64,000 nucleotides of DNA from positions 1,961,130 through 2,025,129 of the forward strand of contig OY969814.1 in the NCBI GenBank assembly GCA_963703345.1, in the 5' to 3' direction. The translations under genes and the position numbers were made by a program. The notes under the pieces are model-generated. The model ran no database searches, was not told where the DNA came from, and was given only the letters and a program-made list of their open reading frames with translations. Shown piece after piece: positions 43,702-52,267 of the stretch. This DNA comes from an uncultured Chloroflexia bacterium (lineage in GTDB: Bacteria > Chloroflexota > Dehalococcoidia > DSTF01 > JALHUB01). Position 1 is the first letter of the stretch. Every line of letters starts with the position of its first letter.

Positions 43702-43780
43702 GCTGGACCCCCTGAGAATGCGTAGCAATCTCAGGCGATAAGCCTCAACGGGTTGCTTTGCAACCCGTTGCGCTATTTCC
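43702..43780 (+). ncRNA. putative ~75-nt small RNA with two hairpins downstream of the consensus promoter, antisense-adjacent to the NYN gene
   Basis: CTGAGA-atgcgtagcaa-TCTCAG (43715-43737) and CAACGGGTTGC-ttt-GCAACCCGTTG (43747-43771), then gcgctatttcc; no ORF. Confidence 0.35.
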
Positions 43781-44303
43781 AGCACCCCTTCAGGAACGTC
43801 TTATCGATTCGAATTGCCTTGTCGGCGACGTCGCGCAGGTGCTGCGACGACCAGGCGTCGCCGAAGAGCGCTACTTCCACGTGCCTGCCGGTATCCTTCA
43901 CCGCCTGGAGAGCGTCGGCGAAGTCATTGTCGCCGCTGACGAGGACGGCTACGTCGTAGAGATTGTGGTAGGCGTGCTGTTGGATGTCGGTGGCGATCTT
44001 TACGTCGATGCCTTTCTCGTAGGCAGGCTCGGTGGGCCAATTGCGATAGACGAGGCGTCCGAGGCGAACTTCCAGGTAGGGAATGCGGCGCATTCGGTTG
44101 AAGAAGGTCTGCTGGTCCTTGTAGCGCTCGGGCTCTTTCGTGTGGTCGACAGGCGCGTTGTAATAGTAGACCCGGATTAGCTGGCGCTTGCCGGCGAGCT
44201 TCTTGGTGAAGGCTTCGAAATCGAGATTGGTGTAGCCGTAGATCGACTTGATGGAGTGGTAGACGTTGCTGCCGTCGATGTAGACCATGACCCGATCGGG
44301 CAT
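43773..44303 (-). CDS. NYN-domain (LabA-like PIN) protein
   Basis: MVYIDGSNVYHS...AVLVSGDNDFADALQAV is the NYN/LabA signature. Confidence 0.7.
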   Translation of the reverse strand: MPDRVMVYIDGSNVYHSIKSIYGYTNLDFEAFTKKLAGKRQLIRVYYYNAPVDHTKEPERYKDQQTFFNRMRRIPYLEVRLGRLVYRNWPTEPAYEKGIDVKIATDIQQHAYHNLYDVAVLVSGDNDFADALQAVKDTGRHVEVALFGDAWSSQHLRDVADKAIRIDKTFLKGCWK

Positions 44304-44405
44304 AAGCTACCTCTGATATAAATCTTCTGATGCTAGTATATGTTAGTCAACATTGGGGCGCCAGCCAGGGCGGGCATCCGCCAAGGGCGTACTCCTACGA
44401 ATCGC

Positions 44406-45092
44406 ATGACTGAGGAGGTCTTGTGCGCGGCGGCGATGAGGCAGGCAAGCCCGTCGAACTTGGCGACGGAGCGAGGCGTCGTTTCGTGCCTGTACCACGA
44501 AGGCAGTCGCGGCGGCGGCGCGGTCGTTTTCGTCGGCGGGACCGACGGCGGATTCGCCGGGCCGGCGAACAGCATCTACGCGACGCTGGCGGACGACCTG
44601 CGCGCGGCTGGGATGAGCTCGCTGCGACTGGACTTTCGCCTGCACACGGCGCCGGGAAACGTCGAAGAAGGGACGCACGACGTTCTGGCCGGCGTTGCCT
44701 TCCTTAAGAGCAAAGGAGCGGGACGAGTCGGGCTCGTCGGACACTCGTTCGGCGGCGCGGTGGTGGTAAACGCGGCGGCGCTGTCGGACGACGTGGACGC
44801 GGTGGTTACGCTGAGCACGCAGACGGCGGGAACGACGCTGGTGGGCCGCATCGCTCCCCGGCCGCTCCTGCTGGTGCACGGCGAGCTGGACACACGTCTG
44901 CCGCCGCGATGCTCGCGCTACGTCTACGAGCGCGCCGGCGAGCCGAAGGAGCTGGTCATCCTGGCCGGCGCGAAGCACAGCCTGCGGCAGCGTCGGGAGG
45001 AGCTGCGGACGTTGCTGCGGGAGTGGCTGATGGCGCGGTTAGGTGCGCAGGAGGACCAAGAAGGGTCCGGGCCGCGCCAGCTCGATCCCTGA
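44406..45092 (+). CDS. alpha/beta hydrolase (dienelactone-hydrolase-like)
   Basis: VGHSFGGAVVV (GxSxG nucleophile elbow); start uncertain (44340, 44406 or 44436). Confidence 0.7.
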   Translation: MTEEVLCAAAMRQASPSNLATERGVVSCLYHEGSRGGGAVVFVGGTDGGFAGPANSIYATLADDLRAAGMSSLRLDFRLHTAPGNVEEGTHDVLAGVAFLKSKGAGRVGLVGHSFGGAVVVNAAALSDDVDAVVTLSTQTAGTTLVGRIAPRPLLLVHGELDTRLPPRCSRYVYERAGEPKELVILAGAKHSLRQRREELRTLLREWLMARLGAQEDQEGSGPRQLDP

Positions 45093-45156
45093 GCGTAGCG
45101 GCGGCCCGGACTATGCGATATGAAGCGTCCGCTAATGCGGTGTATCCCTTTCGTCG

Positions 45157-46335
45157 TTAGCGACTCCTGATGCCGCCGGTGATGGCGCGGGCGATGACGA
45201 GTCGCTGGATCTCGTTGGCGCCCTCGAATATCTGGAATATCTTGGCGTCGCGCATCCACTTCTCCACCGGGAACTCGCTGACGTAGCCGTAGCCGCCGAG
45301 TATCTGCACGGCTTCGACGGTCGCGCGCATGGCGGCATCGGACGGGAAGGCCTTGGCCATGCTGCCTTCGCCGCGAAGGAAGGGGACGTGGGTCCTGCCC
45401 ATCCAGGTCGCGCGCCAGATGAGAAGGCGAGCGGCGTCGAGCTCGATCGCCATGTCGGCGAGCTTGAAAGCGATTCCTTCGTTGGCGGCGAGCGGGCGGC
45501 CGAACTGGATGCGCGTCTTAGAGTAGTCGAGGGCGTATTCGAAGGCGGCGCGACCGACGCCCAGGGCGAAGCAGCCGATCATGGGGCGGGTGCGCTCGAG
45601 GGCGCTCAGTGCGCCGAGAGCGCCGCTGCCGCCTCCGGTACCCGGCGGCGAGCCCGGCGGCGGGCCGAGGCGGTTGCGCGCCGGCACGCGGCAGTCTTCG
45701 AGGATGACGTCGGCGGTCCAGGAGGCGCGGATGCCCATCTTCTTCCAAACGGTGCCCATGGACAGGCCGGGGGTGTCTTTTTCGATCGCGAAAGCGCAAA
45801 GGCCGCCCCACTTCTTGCTCTTGTCCTCGGTGGCGAAAACGACGTGGACGTCGGCGATGCCGCCGTTGGTGATGAAGCGCTTGGTGCCATTGAGAATGTA
45901 GTCGTCACCGTCGCGAACGGCGGTGGTGGAGATGTTGGCGACGTCGGAGCCAGCCTCCGGCTCGGTGAGGCAGTAGGCGCCGAGTCGGAGCTCGGTCTCG
46001 GTGCTCTGGCATTTGGGGACCCATTCGTCTTGCTGCGCATCGGTGCCCATGCCGACGATGGCGGCAAGAGCGAGCCCGCTCGAGGAGATGGACAGGGCAA
46101 CACCGCCGTCGCCCCAGGACAGCTCTTCGGTGATTACGGGCGATACGAGGTGGGAATCGCTCTCGCCGAACATGCCGGAGGACAGGCCAAGGGAGCTTGC
46201 CTTGAGCATTATGTCGCGCGGCACCTCTTCGTGCTCTTCAAAGTAGGCCGCGTTAGGGCGGATTTCTTTGAGCGCGAACTCGTGCGCCAACTGCTGGACC
46301 ATACGTTCTTCTTCGTTGAGACCGAAGTCGGCCAT
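45157..46335 (-). CDS. acyl-CoA dehydrogenase
   Basis: MADFGLNEEERMVQQLAHEFALKEIRPNAAYFEE..., ...GANEIQRLVIARAI; SD GGAGGTG before the ATG at 46335. Confidence 0.9.
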   Translation of the reverse strand: MADFGLNEEERMVQQLAHEFALKEIRPNAAYFEEHEEVPRDIMLKASSLGLSSGMFGESDSHLVSPVITEELSWGDGGVALSISSSGLALAAIVGMGTDAQQDEWVPKCQSTETELRLGAYCLTEPEAGSDVANISTTAVRDGDDYILNGTKRFITNGGIADVHVVFATEDKSKKWGGLCAFAIEKDTPGLSMGTVWKKMGIRASWTADVILEDCRVPARNRLGPPPGSPPGTGGGSGALGALSALERTRPMIGCFALGVGRAAFEYALDYSKTRIQFGRPLAANEGIAFKLADMAIELDAARLLIWRATWMGRTHVPFLRGEGSMAKAFPSDAAMRATVEAVQILGGYGYVSEFPVEKWMRDAKIFQIFEGANEIQRLVIARAITGGIRSR

Positions 46336-46511
46336 GGTTACACCTCCAATCGTTATCCTGGCGAAGCTAGCTGGGGAATCGTAACAAAGGTTCGGTTTGA
46401 AGAATAGGCCCATCTGAGACTCCGGTATTGCGCTGCGCGTATCGAGGGCGAGCGCGGCGATTCCTTGTGCCGGACAGAGAAGCCATTCTATACTCGCGAC
46501 CAGGGTGTCGA

Positions 46512-46952
46512 ATGGAAAGCAACGTTCTGAAGGTGAAGCGTCTCCGCCCGGATGCCCGACTCCCCGAGCGCGCGACGGAGGGCTCCTCCGGCCTCGACCT
46601 CTTCGCCTGCATCGACGGTGATGGGCCGCTCGTGATCGGCAGAAAGCCTGTGCGCGTCGGAACGGGCGTTGCTATCGAGTTCCCGCGCGGCTTCGACGTG
46701 CAGGTGCGGCCGCGCTCCGGACTGGCGACCCGAGGTGTGGGCGTGACGCTGGGGACGATCGACAGCGACTACCGCGGCGAGGTGCTGGTCACGATGTATG
46801 TCTTCGGCGAACGCGAATCGCACGAGATAAGGAACGGCGACCGGATAGCGCAGTTGGTAGTGACGCGCCTGGGGGAGCTGCCGGTGGTCGAGGCGCAGGA
46901 ACTGACCGAGACGGCTCGCGGCACGGGCGGCCACGGGTCGACCGGTCAGTAG
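46512..46952 (+). CDS. dut: dUTP diphosphatase
   Basis: GSSGLDLFA, RSGLATRGVGV, GTIDSDYRGEV. Confidence 0.9.
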   Translation: MESNVLKVKRLRPDARLPERATEGSSGLDLFACIDGDGPLVIGRKPVRVGTGVAIEFPRGFDVQVRPRSGLATRGVGVTLGTIDSDYRGEVLVTMYVFGERESHEIRNGDRIAQLVVTRLGELPVVEAQELTETARGTGGHGSTGQ

Positions 46953-47269
46953 GCACTGCCAGAGGCCTCAAAATCGATTTCTTACGTGTTGTCCGGCCTA
47001 GTCCCGCCACCATGCCCAGGGCGGACAACCCGCGGAGTCGGTCCGTGACGGCCCGGTCGCTGAGAGCGAGGGATTGGCCGCTTGGAGCCCCTCCTGTATT
47101 CAACATTCTGCCCCCAATCGGCCGCATTCTGAATCAGGATTCTCCTCATAGACCCTCCGACAAACCCCTACTTCCGGAGACCCTGCGATTCGACGGTGGC
47201 GGACGAAGGGGAGTTCCTCGCATTCCCCGCGACAGCGCTGAAAGCTTAGAATAGATCCGTAAAGAGATC

Positions 47270-48400
47270 ATGACTGAACCCACGAGACGTCCTCTAACCG
47301 ATGTCGATTTCGACCGGACGCCGTTCACGGTCGCCTGGGAGATTACACGCGCCTGCGCCTACGCCTGCCTCCACTGTCGAGCCGAGGCGCAGCCGAAGCG
47401 TGACCCGCACGAGCTTACGACTGAGGAAGGCTTCCACCTCATCGACGAACTCGTTGAGGTGGGCGGACCGATCCTGATAGTGACCGGCGGCGACCCCATG
47501 ATGCGCCCGGATATGCTCGACCTGGTGCGCTATGCGACGAAAAGCGGCCTGCGCGTCGCGCTGGCGCCGACGGCGACGAAGCTAGTGACGCTGGAGCGGC
47601 TACGAGAGGCGCGGGAGGCCGGCGTCGCGCGCGTTCAGATCAGCCTCGACGGGTCGCGGGCGGAGGTGCAGGACGCCTTCAGGGGCCGGCCCGGCTCGTT
47701 CCAGCGGACGCTGGCGATCCTGGAGGACATTCGGAGCGTCGGCATCTCGCTGCAGATCGGGACGACGGTGAGTCGCTACAACATCGACGATCTGGAGGCG
47801 ATTGCCGGCGTCGTCGCGGAGCACGGCGCTGTGATGTGGAGCCTGTTCTTCCTGGTGCCTACCGGTCGCGGCAGGCGCGAGGACATGGTGTCGCCGGAGG
47901 AGCACGAGCGGGTGTTCAACTGGCTGTACGACTTGTCGAAGACGGCGCCGTTCGACGTGCGGACGACGGCAGCGCAACACTACCGGCGGGTCGTCATCCA
48001 GAGGCGCCGCCGCGAGGAAGCGCCGTCGCCGGGCGGGTTGCTGGTGACGGGCGCCGGCTACAGCTTCGCTGACGGGCTCGGGCAATCGAGCCGCGGCGTG
48101 AACGACGGCAACGGCTTCGCCTTCATCAGCCACACCGGCGACGTCTGCCCGAGCGGCTTTCTGCCGCTGCCCGGCGGGAATGTGCGCGAGCAGTCCTTCG
48201 TCGATATCTACCGCGACTCGCCGCTCTTCCGCGACCTGCGCGACTATAGCAAACTCAAGGGCAAGTGCGGCGTCTGCGATTTCCGCGCCGTCTGCGGCGG
48301 CTCGCGGGCGCGGGCCTTCGCCGTCAGCGGTGACTACCTGGAATCCGACCCCTACTGCGTCTACCAGCCACCATCGGGGGGAGATGCGAATGGCCGTTGA
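47270..48400 (+). CDS. radical SAM/SPASM-domain protein of the NirJ/AhbC/AhbD type (alternative heme or heme d1 biosynthesis)
   Basis: CAYACLHCRAE (CxxxCxxC), C-terminal SPASM cysteines (CPSGFLP...CGVCDFRAVCGG); followed by two siroheme-decarboxylase-like genes. Confidence 0.75.
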   Translation: MTEPTRRPLTDVDFDRTPFTVAWEITRACAYACLHCRAEAQPKRDPHELTTEEGFHLIDELVEVGGPILIVTGGDPMMRPDMLDLVRYATKSGLRVALAPTATKLVTLERLREAREAGVARVQISLDGSRAEVQDAFRGRPGSFQRTLAILEDIRSVGISLQIGTTVSRYNIDDLEAIAGVVAEHGAVMWSLFFLVPTGRGRREDMVSPEEHERVFNWLYDLSKTAPFDVRTTAAQHYRRVVIQRRRREEAPSPGGLLVTGAGYSFADGLGQSSRGVNDGNGFAFISHTGDVCPSGFLPLPGGNVREQSFVDIYRDSPLFRDLRDYSKLKGKCGVCDFRAVCGGSRARAFAVSGDYLESDPYCVYQPPSGGDANGR

Positions 48401-48851
48401 GCTGGACAAGAAGGACAAGCAACTGCTTAACGATCTTCAGAGCGGGCTGCCGCTGTCGTCGCGCCCGTTTCAGGAGGTCGCCGAGAGGCTGGGGCTGAGC
48501 GAAAGCGAGATCGTCCGGCGGCTGCGGCGGTTGCTGGACGAAGGTGCGTTGAGCCGTGTCGGGCCGGTGCTCGACACAATGGCGCTGGGCGGCGCACGGA
48601 CCCTGGGGGCGATGCAGGTGCCACCCGAGCGCCTGGAAGAGGTGGCGGCGTTCGTCAGCAGCTTCGATGCCGTCTCCCACAACTACGAGCGAGAGCATAG
48701 CTTCAACCTGTGGTTCGTGGTGTCGTCGGAGGACCCGGCGGAGGTGCGACGGGTGCTGGCGGAGATTGCGACGAAGACGAAGCTGCCGCTGATGGAGCTG
48801 CCGGCGCTGGCGGAATACTTCGTGGGGGTGCGGTTCCATTTTGATGTCTGA
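48390..48851 (+). CDS. siroheme decarboxylase subunit, AsnC/Lrp-like (AhbA/NirD-L type)
   Basis: LDKKDKQLLNDLQSGLPLSSRPFQEVAERLGLSESEIVRRLRRLLDEGALSRVGPV matches the AhbA/NirDL N-terminus; the ATG overlaps the rSAM stop by 11 nt. Confidence 0.7.
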   Translation: MAVELDKKDKQLLNDLQSGLPLSSRPFQEVAERLGLSESEIVRRLRRLLDEGALSRVGPVLDTMALGGARTLGAMQVPPERLEEVAAFVSSFDAVSHNYEREHSFNLWFVVSSEDPAEVRRVLAEIATKTKLPLMELPALAEYFVGVRFHFDV

Positions 48852-49371
48852 CGATCGGCTGAGCGACGACGAGCGCCGGTTGTTGGTGGCGGTGCAGGAC
48901 GGCCTGCCGCTGGTCGAGCGGCCGTACGCAGCGGTTGCCGAGCGGCTGGCCTGGACGGAAGAGCGCGTCATTGCGCTGCTGTCGTCGCTACTGGAGCGAG
49001 GCGTGGTAAGGCGGATCGCCGCGGTGCCCAATCACTACGCGCTGGGCATAACGGCGAACGGCATGGCGGTCTGGGACGTGCCGGACGAAGAGATCGATGC
49101 CTTCGGTGAGCGGCTGGCGGCGAGAGTCGAGGTGACGCACTGCTATCGACGACTGCGGCGTCCGCCGGAGTGGCCGTACAACCTCTATGCCATGGTGCAC
49201 GGCCGGTCGCGGGAAGAAGTGCTGTCGACGGTGGGTCGAATAGCGTCCGAAGCCGGTCTGGCGGGCTTCCCTTCGGAGATCCTGTTCAGCGTGCGACAGT
49301 TCCGAAAGCGGGGCGCACGCCTTCGCGAGACGTTTCGCGAGAATGCGGAGAAAAGCGGCGATTCTCGTTGA
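48841..49371 (+). CDS. siroheme decarboxylase subunit, second paralog (AhbB/NirG-H type)
   Basis: LSDDERRLLVAVQDGLPLVERPYAAVAERLAWTEERVIALLSSLLERGVVRRIAAV; overlaps the previous gene by 11 nt. Confidence 0.7.
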   Translation: MMSDDRLSDDERRLLVAVQDGLPLVERPYAAVAERLAWTEERVIALLSSLLERGVVRRIAAVPNHYALGITANGMAVWDVPDEEIDAFGERLAARVEVTHCYRRLRRPPEWPYNLYAMVHGRSREEVLSTVGRIASEAGLAGFPSEILFSVRQFRKRGARLRETFRENAEKSGDSR

Positions 49372-49429
49372 CAGGCGCACGGGGCCGCAATAGGATCATA
49401 TCGCAAGATATTCGTTCCGCTGGTCCTTC

Positions 49430-50722
49430 ATGCCACAGGTCAATCTCCTCGAGAAAAGGAGAGGCGTGTACGGCACTCTGGCCCTGACCCCCAAGTCGCT
49501 AAAGGACTACGCGCCGGCAGCCGGCAAGGAGAAGATCGACGAGCTTGTCGAGCTTTCCTCGCCGCTGAAGGGTCTCCGTGTCCTCAATCTGAGCGTCACC
49601 GCCTTCGGCACCGGCCTGGCGGAGTTGCTGCGCTCTTCGGTGCCCCTGTTCTGCGATCTCGGCATCGACTGGCGGTGGCAGGTCGTGCGCGCCGACGAGG
49701 AAGCGACGAAGGTGAACAAGGCGATGTACCGGGCGCTGGCCGGCGGGCGGGCGGAATGGACGCCGGAGATGACGGAGACGTGGCGTCGCTACACGGTGAT
49801 GAACGCCGAGCTTCTGAACGAGGACTTCGACGTCGTCATAGTCCATGACCCGCAGCCGGCGGCTATTCGCTCTTATGTCGACTCGGGCAGGCGAGGCAGG
49901 CGCTGGGTGATGCACTGTCACATCGACCTGTCGGCGGCGCAGGCGGACGTGTGGGAGTTGCTGGAGGGACATCTTCAAGACTACGACTGCTGGGCATTCG
50001 AGGACGAGCAGTTCGCCGGCAAGGCACGGACCATGCCTACCGGCAGGCAAGCGTCGCGGCCCTGCAAGGTTATCGCGCCAGCTATCGACCCGCTGGGGCC
50101 GCGCAACATCCAGCTTTCCGCCGACGCGACCGCCTACATCCTGGGGCACTACGGGATCGACGGCGAACGGCCGCTCGTCGCGCAGGTGGCGCCGATCAAT
50201 GAGGAGAACGATACGTTGGGCGCGCTCGAAGTGTACCGGACGATGCGACGGGAGGTGCCGGACCTGCAGCTCGTCCTTCTGGCGCCGTCGCCGCCGGACG
50301 AATCGGCCTACCCCTATTTCGAGCGGGTGAGAGCGAAGGCGGCGGAGCTCCCGGACGTGCACATCCTTGCCGACCTTAATGATGTCGGCAACGTGGAGGT
50401 CAACGTTGTGCAGAGGGCCTCGTTCGCGGTGATGCAGCGCTCTCTGCAGCGCGGCTTCGGCATCTGGCTGTCGGACGCGCTCTGGAAGGAGACGCCGGTC
50501 GTCGGGGCGCGCATGGGAGGCATTCCGAAGCAGGTGCTGCATGGCCGCACAGGCTATCTTGCCGGCAGCGACGCCGAGTTCGCCGATTGCCTGCTCCGGC
50601 TGATGCGGGAGCCGGCGACGGCGCGCGAACTGGGGATTGCGGCGAGGCGCCATGTGGCCGAGAATTTCTTGGTATGCCGTTTTGTTGCGGATTACCTGTC
50701 TTTGCTGCGGGAGATTAGTTAG
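49430..50722 (+). CDS. GT4 glycosyltransferase, divergent TreT-like paralog
   Basis: Collinear with the downstream TreT (LKGLRVLNLSVTAFGTGLAELL..., WVMHCHIDLS, IAPAIDPLGPRN, ...VVGARMGGIPKQVLHGRTGYL) but much more divergent. Confidence 0.7.
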   Translation: MPQVNLLEKRRGVYGTLALTPKSLKDYAPAAGKEKIDELVELSSPLKGLRVLNLSVTAFGTGLAELLRSSVPLFCDLGIDWRWQVVRADEEATKVNKAMYRALAGGRAEWTPEMTETWRRYTVMNAELLNEDFDVVIVHDPQPAAIRSYVDSGRRGRRWVMHCHIDLSAAQADVWELLEGHLQDYDCWAFEDEQFAGKARTMPTGRQASRPCKVIAPAIDPLGPRNIQLSADATAYILGHYGIDGERPLVAQVAPINEENDTLGALEVYRTMRREVPDLQLVLLAPSPPDESAYPYFERVRAKAAELPDVHILADLNDVGNVEVNVVQRASFAVMQRSLQRGFGIWLSDALWKETPVVGARMGGIPKQVLHGRTGYLAGSDAEFADCLLRLMREPATARELGIAARRHVAENFLVCRFVADYLSLLREIS

Positions 50723-50821
50723 GTAACATTGAATTGGGCGCTTTTGTCGGAGGAGAGGAGGGGCCCCGGTGCGCAAGGCTTTTGAACTGATTGAGATGAC
50801 CCCGAAAGAGCCTATCGGAAA

Positions 50822-52135
50822 ATGTTGAGTTCGATTCCCACAACAGCAAGAACCCTGGAGAGCTATCGCTCCCTGATCGGCGACGAGGAGACTGAGGAGA
50901 TCCGCGAGCTTGCGGAGCCGCTGCGGGGCGCGCGCGTCCTTCACGTCAACTCCACGCCGTTTGGCGGCGGCGTCGCCGAGATACTGAACTCCTTCGTGCC
51001 GCTGATGGCGGACATCGGGATGGCGGCGGAGTGGCAGGTCATCCGCGCGGGCGACGATTTCTTCCGCGTGACGAAGAGCATGCACAACAGCCTTCAGGGG
51101 ATGCTCATCGACTGGACGCCCCAGATGTGGGACCTGTGGCTTCAGTACAATCGCGCCAACGCGGAGATGTTCGACGAGGAGTATGACTTCGTCATCATCC
51201 ACGACCCGCAGCCGGCGCCGATCCTGTCCCTGTTGACGGAGTTGCACGGCAAGCGGCCGCCCGGGAAGTGGGTCTGGCGCTGTCACATCGACCTGACGGA
51301 CGCGCAGGTGCAGGTGTGGGACGTGCTGCGTCCGCACGTCGCGCTTTACGACGCGGCGGTCTTCACGCTGCGCAACTACATCAAGGAGGACCTCAGGGGA
51401 CCGATCCCCTTCTTCATACCGCCGTCGATTGACCCGTTCAGCCCCAAGAACGCGGAGATCCCAGAGGACACGATTGAGGCGATCCTGCGCAACCACGAGC
51501 TGGACCCACAGCGGCCGATCATCGTGCAGGTCTCGCGCTTCGACCCGTGGAAGGACCCGCTGGGGGTCATCGACGTCTACCGGCTGGTGAAGCGCGAGGT
51601 GCCGGAGGTGCAGCTCGTGCTCGTGACGTCGATGGCATACGACGACCCGGAAGGCTGGGCCTGGTATGAGCGCACAGTGCGCCGCGCCGGCGAGGACATG
51701 GACATCAAGGTGCGCACGAACTTGAACGGCGTCGGCAACGTGGAGGTGAACGCCTTCCAGCGAGCGGCGAGCGTGATCATCCAGAAGTCGGTGCGGGAGG
51801 GATTCGGCCTGTCGGTGACGGAGGGGCTGTGGAAGGCGCGGCCGGTGGTCGCCGGCAACGTGGGCGGCATTCCGCTGCAAATCATCGACGGCAAGACGGG
51901 GTACCTCGTGAACACGGTGGAGGAATGCGCGCAGCGCGTGCTGCACCTGCTGCGCAATCCGGCGGAGGCGGAGGAGATGGGGTGTCGCGGCCGCGAGGCG
52001 GTGCGACGCCACTTCCTGACGACACGCAATCTGCGGGACTACCTGCGGATCCTGCGGACGATCTCCGGCATAGGCCCGCTTCAGCGGGACAAGGTGCCCG
52101 TCGGCGTGGACAAGGGGTCGGGCAGGACGAGGTAG
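50822..52135 (+). CDS. treT: trehalose glycosyltransferring synthase TreT (GT4)
   Basis: HVNSTPFGGGVAEILNSFVPLM, WRCHIDLTDAQ, IPPSIDPFSPKN, VQVSRFDPWKDPLGVIDVYRLVKREVPEVQLVLV, DDPEGWAWYERT, NAFQRAASVIIQKSVREGFGLSVTEGLWKARPVV match Thermococcus TreT nearly motif for motif. Confidence 0.85.
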   Translation: MLSSIPTTARTLESYRSLIGDEETEEIRELAEPLRGARVLHVNSTPFGGGVAEILNSFVPLMADIGMAAEWQVIRAGDDFFRVTKSMHNSLQGMLIDWTPQMWDLWLQYNRANAEMFDEEYDFVIIHDPQPAPILSLLTELHGKRPPGKWVWRCHIDLTDAQVQVWDVLRPHVALYDAAVFTLRNYIKEDLRGPIPFFIPPSIDPFSPKNAEIPEDTIEAILRNHELDPQRPIIVQVSRFDPWKDPLGVIDVYRLVKREVPEVQLVLVTSMAYDDPEGWAWYERTVRRAGEDMDIKVRTNLNGVGNVEVNAFQRAASVIIQKSVREGFGLSVTEGLWKARPVVAGNVGGIPLQIIDGKTGYLVNTVEECAQRVLHLLRNPAEAEEMGCRGREAVRRHFLTTRNLRDYLRILRTISGIGPLQRDKVPVGVDKGSGRTR

Positions 52136-52192
52136 AACGGTCCATCAAGACGGCCGCCCTACGCGAAACTGCGTCGGGCAGGCTATAATGTA

Positions 52193-52243
52193 GACAGCCG
52201 CAGGCAGGCCGTAGGACAAGGCCCGGCGGCTGTCTTTCTTTCG
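52193..52243 (+). terminator. rho-independent terminator after treT
   Basis: GACAGCCGC...GCGGCTGTC stem followed by TTTCTTTCG. Confidence 0.5.
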
Positions 52244-52267
52244 CGCGGAGCCAGTAAGGAGGCAGCT

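Noticed and set aside
46953-47269. Possible riboswitch in the long intergenic region upstream of the radical-SAM gene
   Set aside because: No recognisable cobalamin, SAM or other riboswitch core could be identified by eye. It is left as a note within the Ahb finding.
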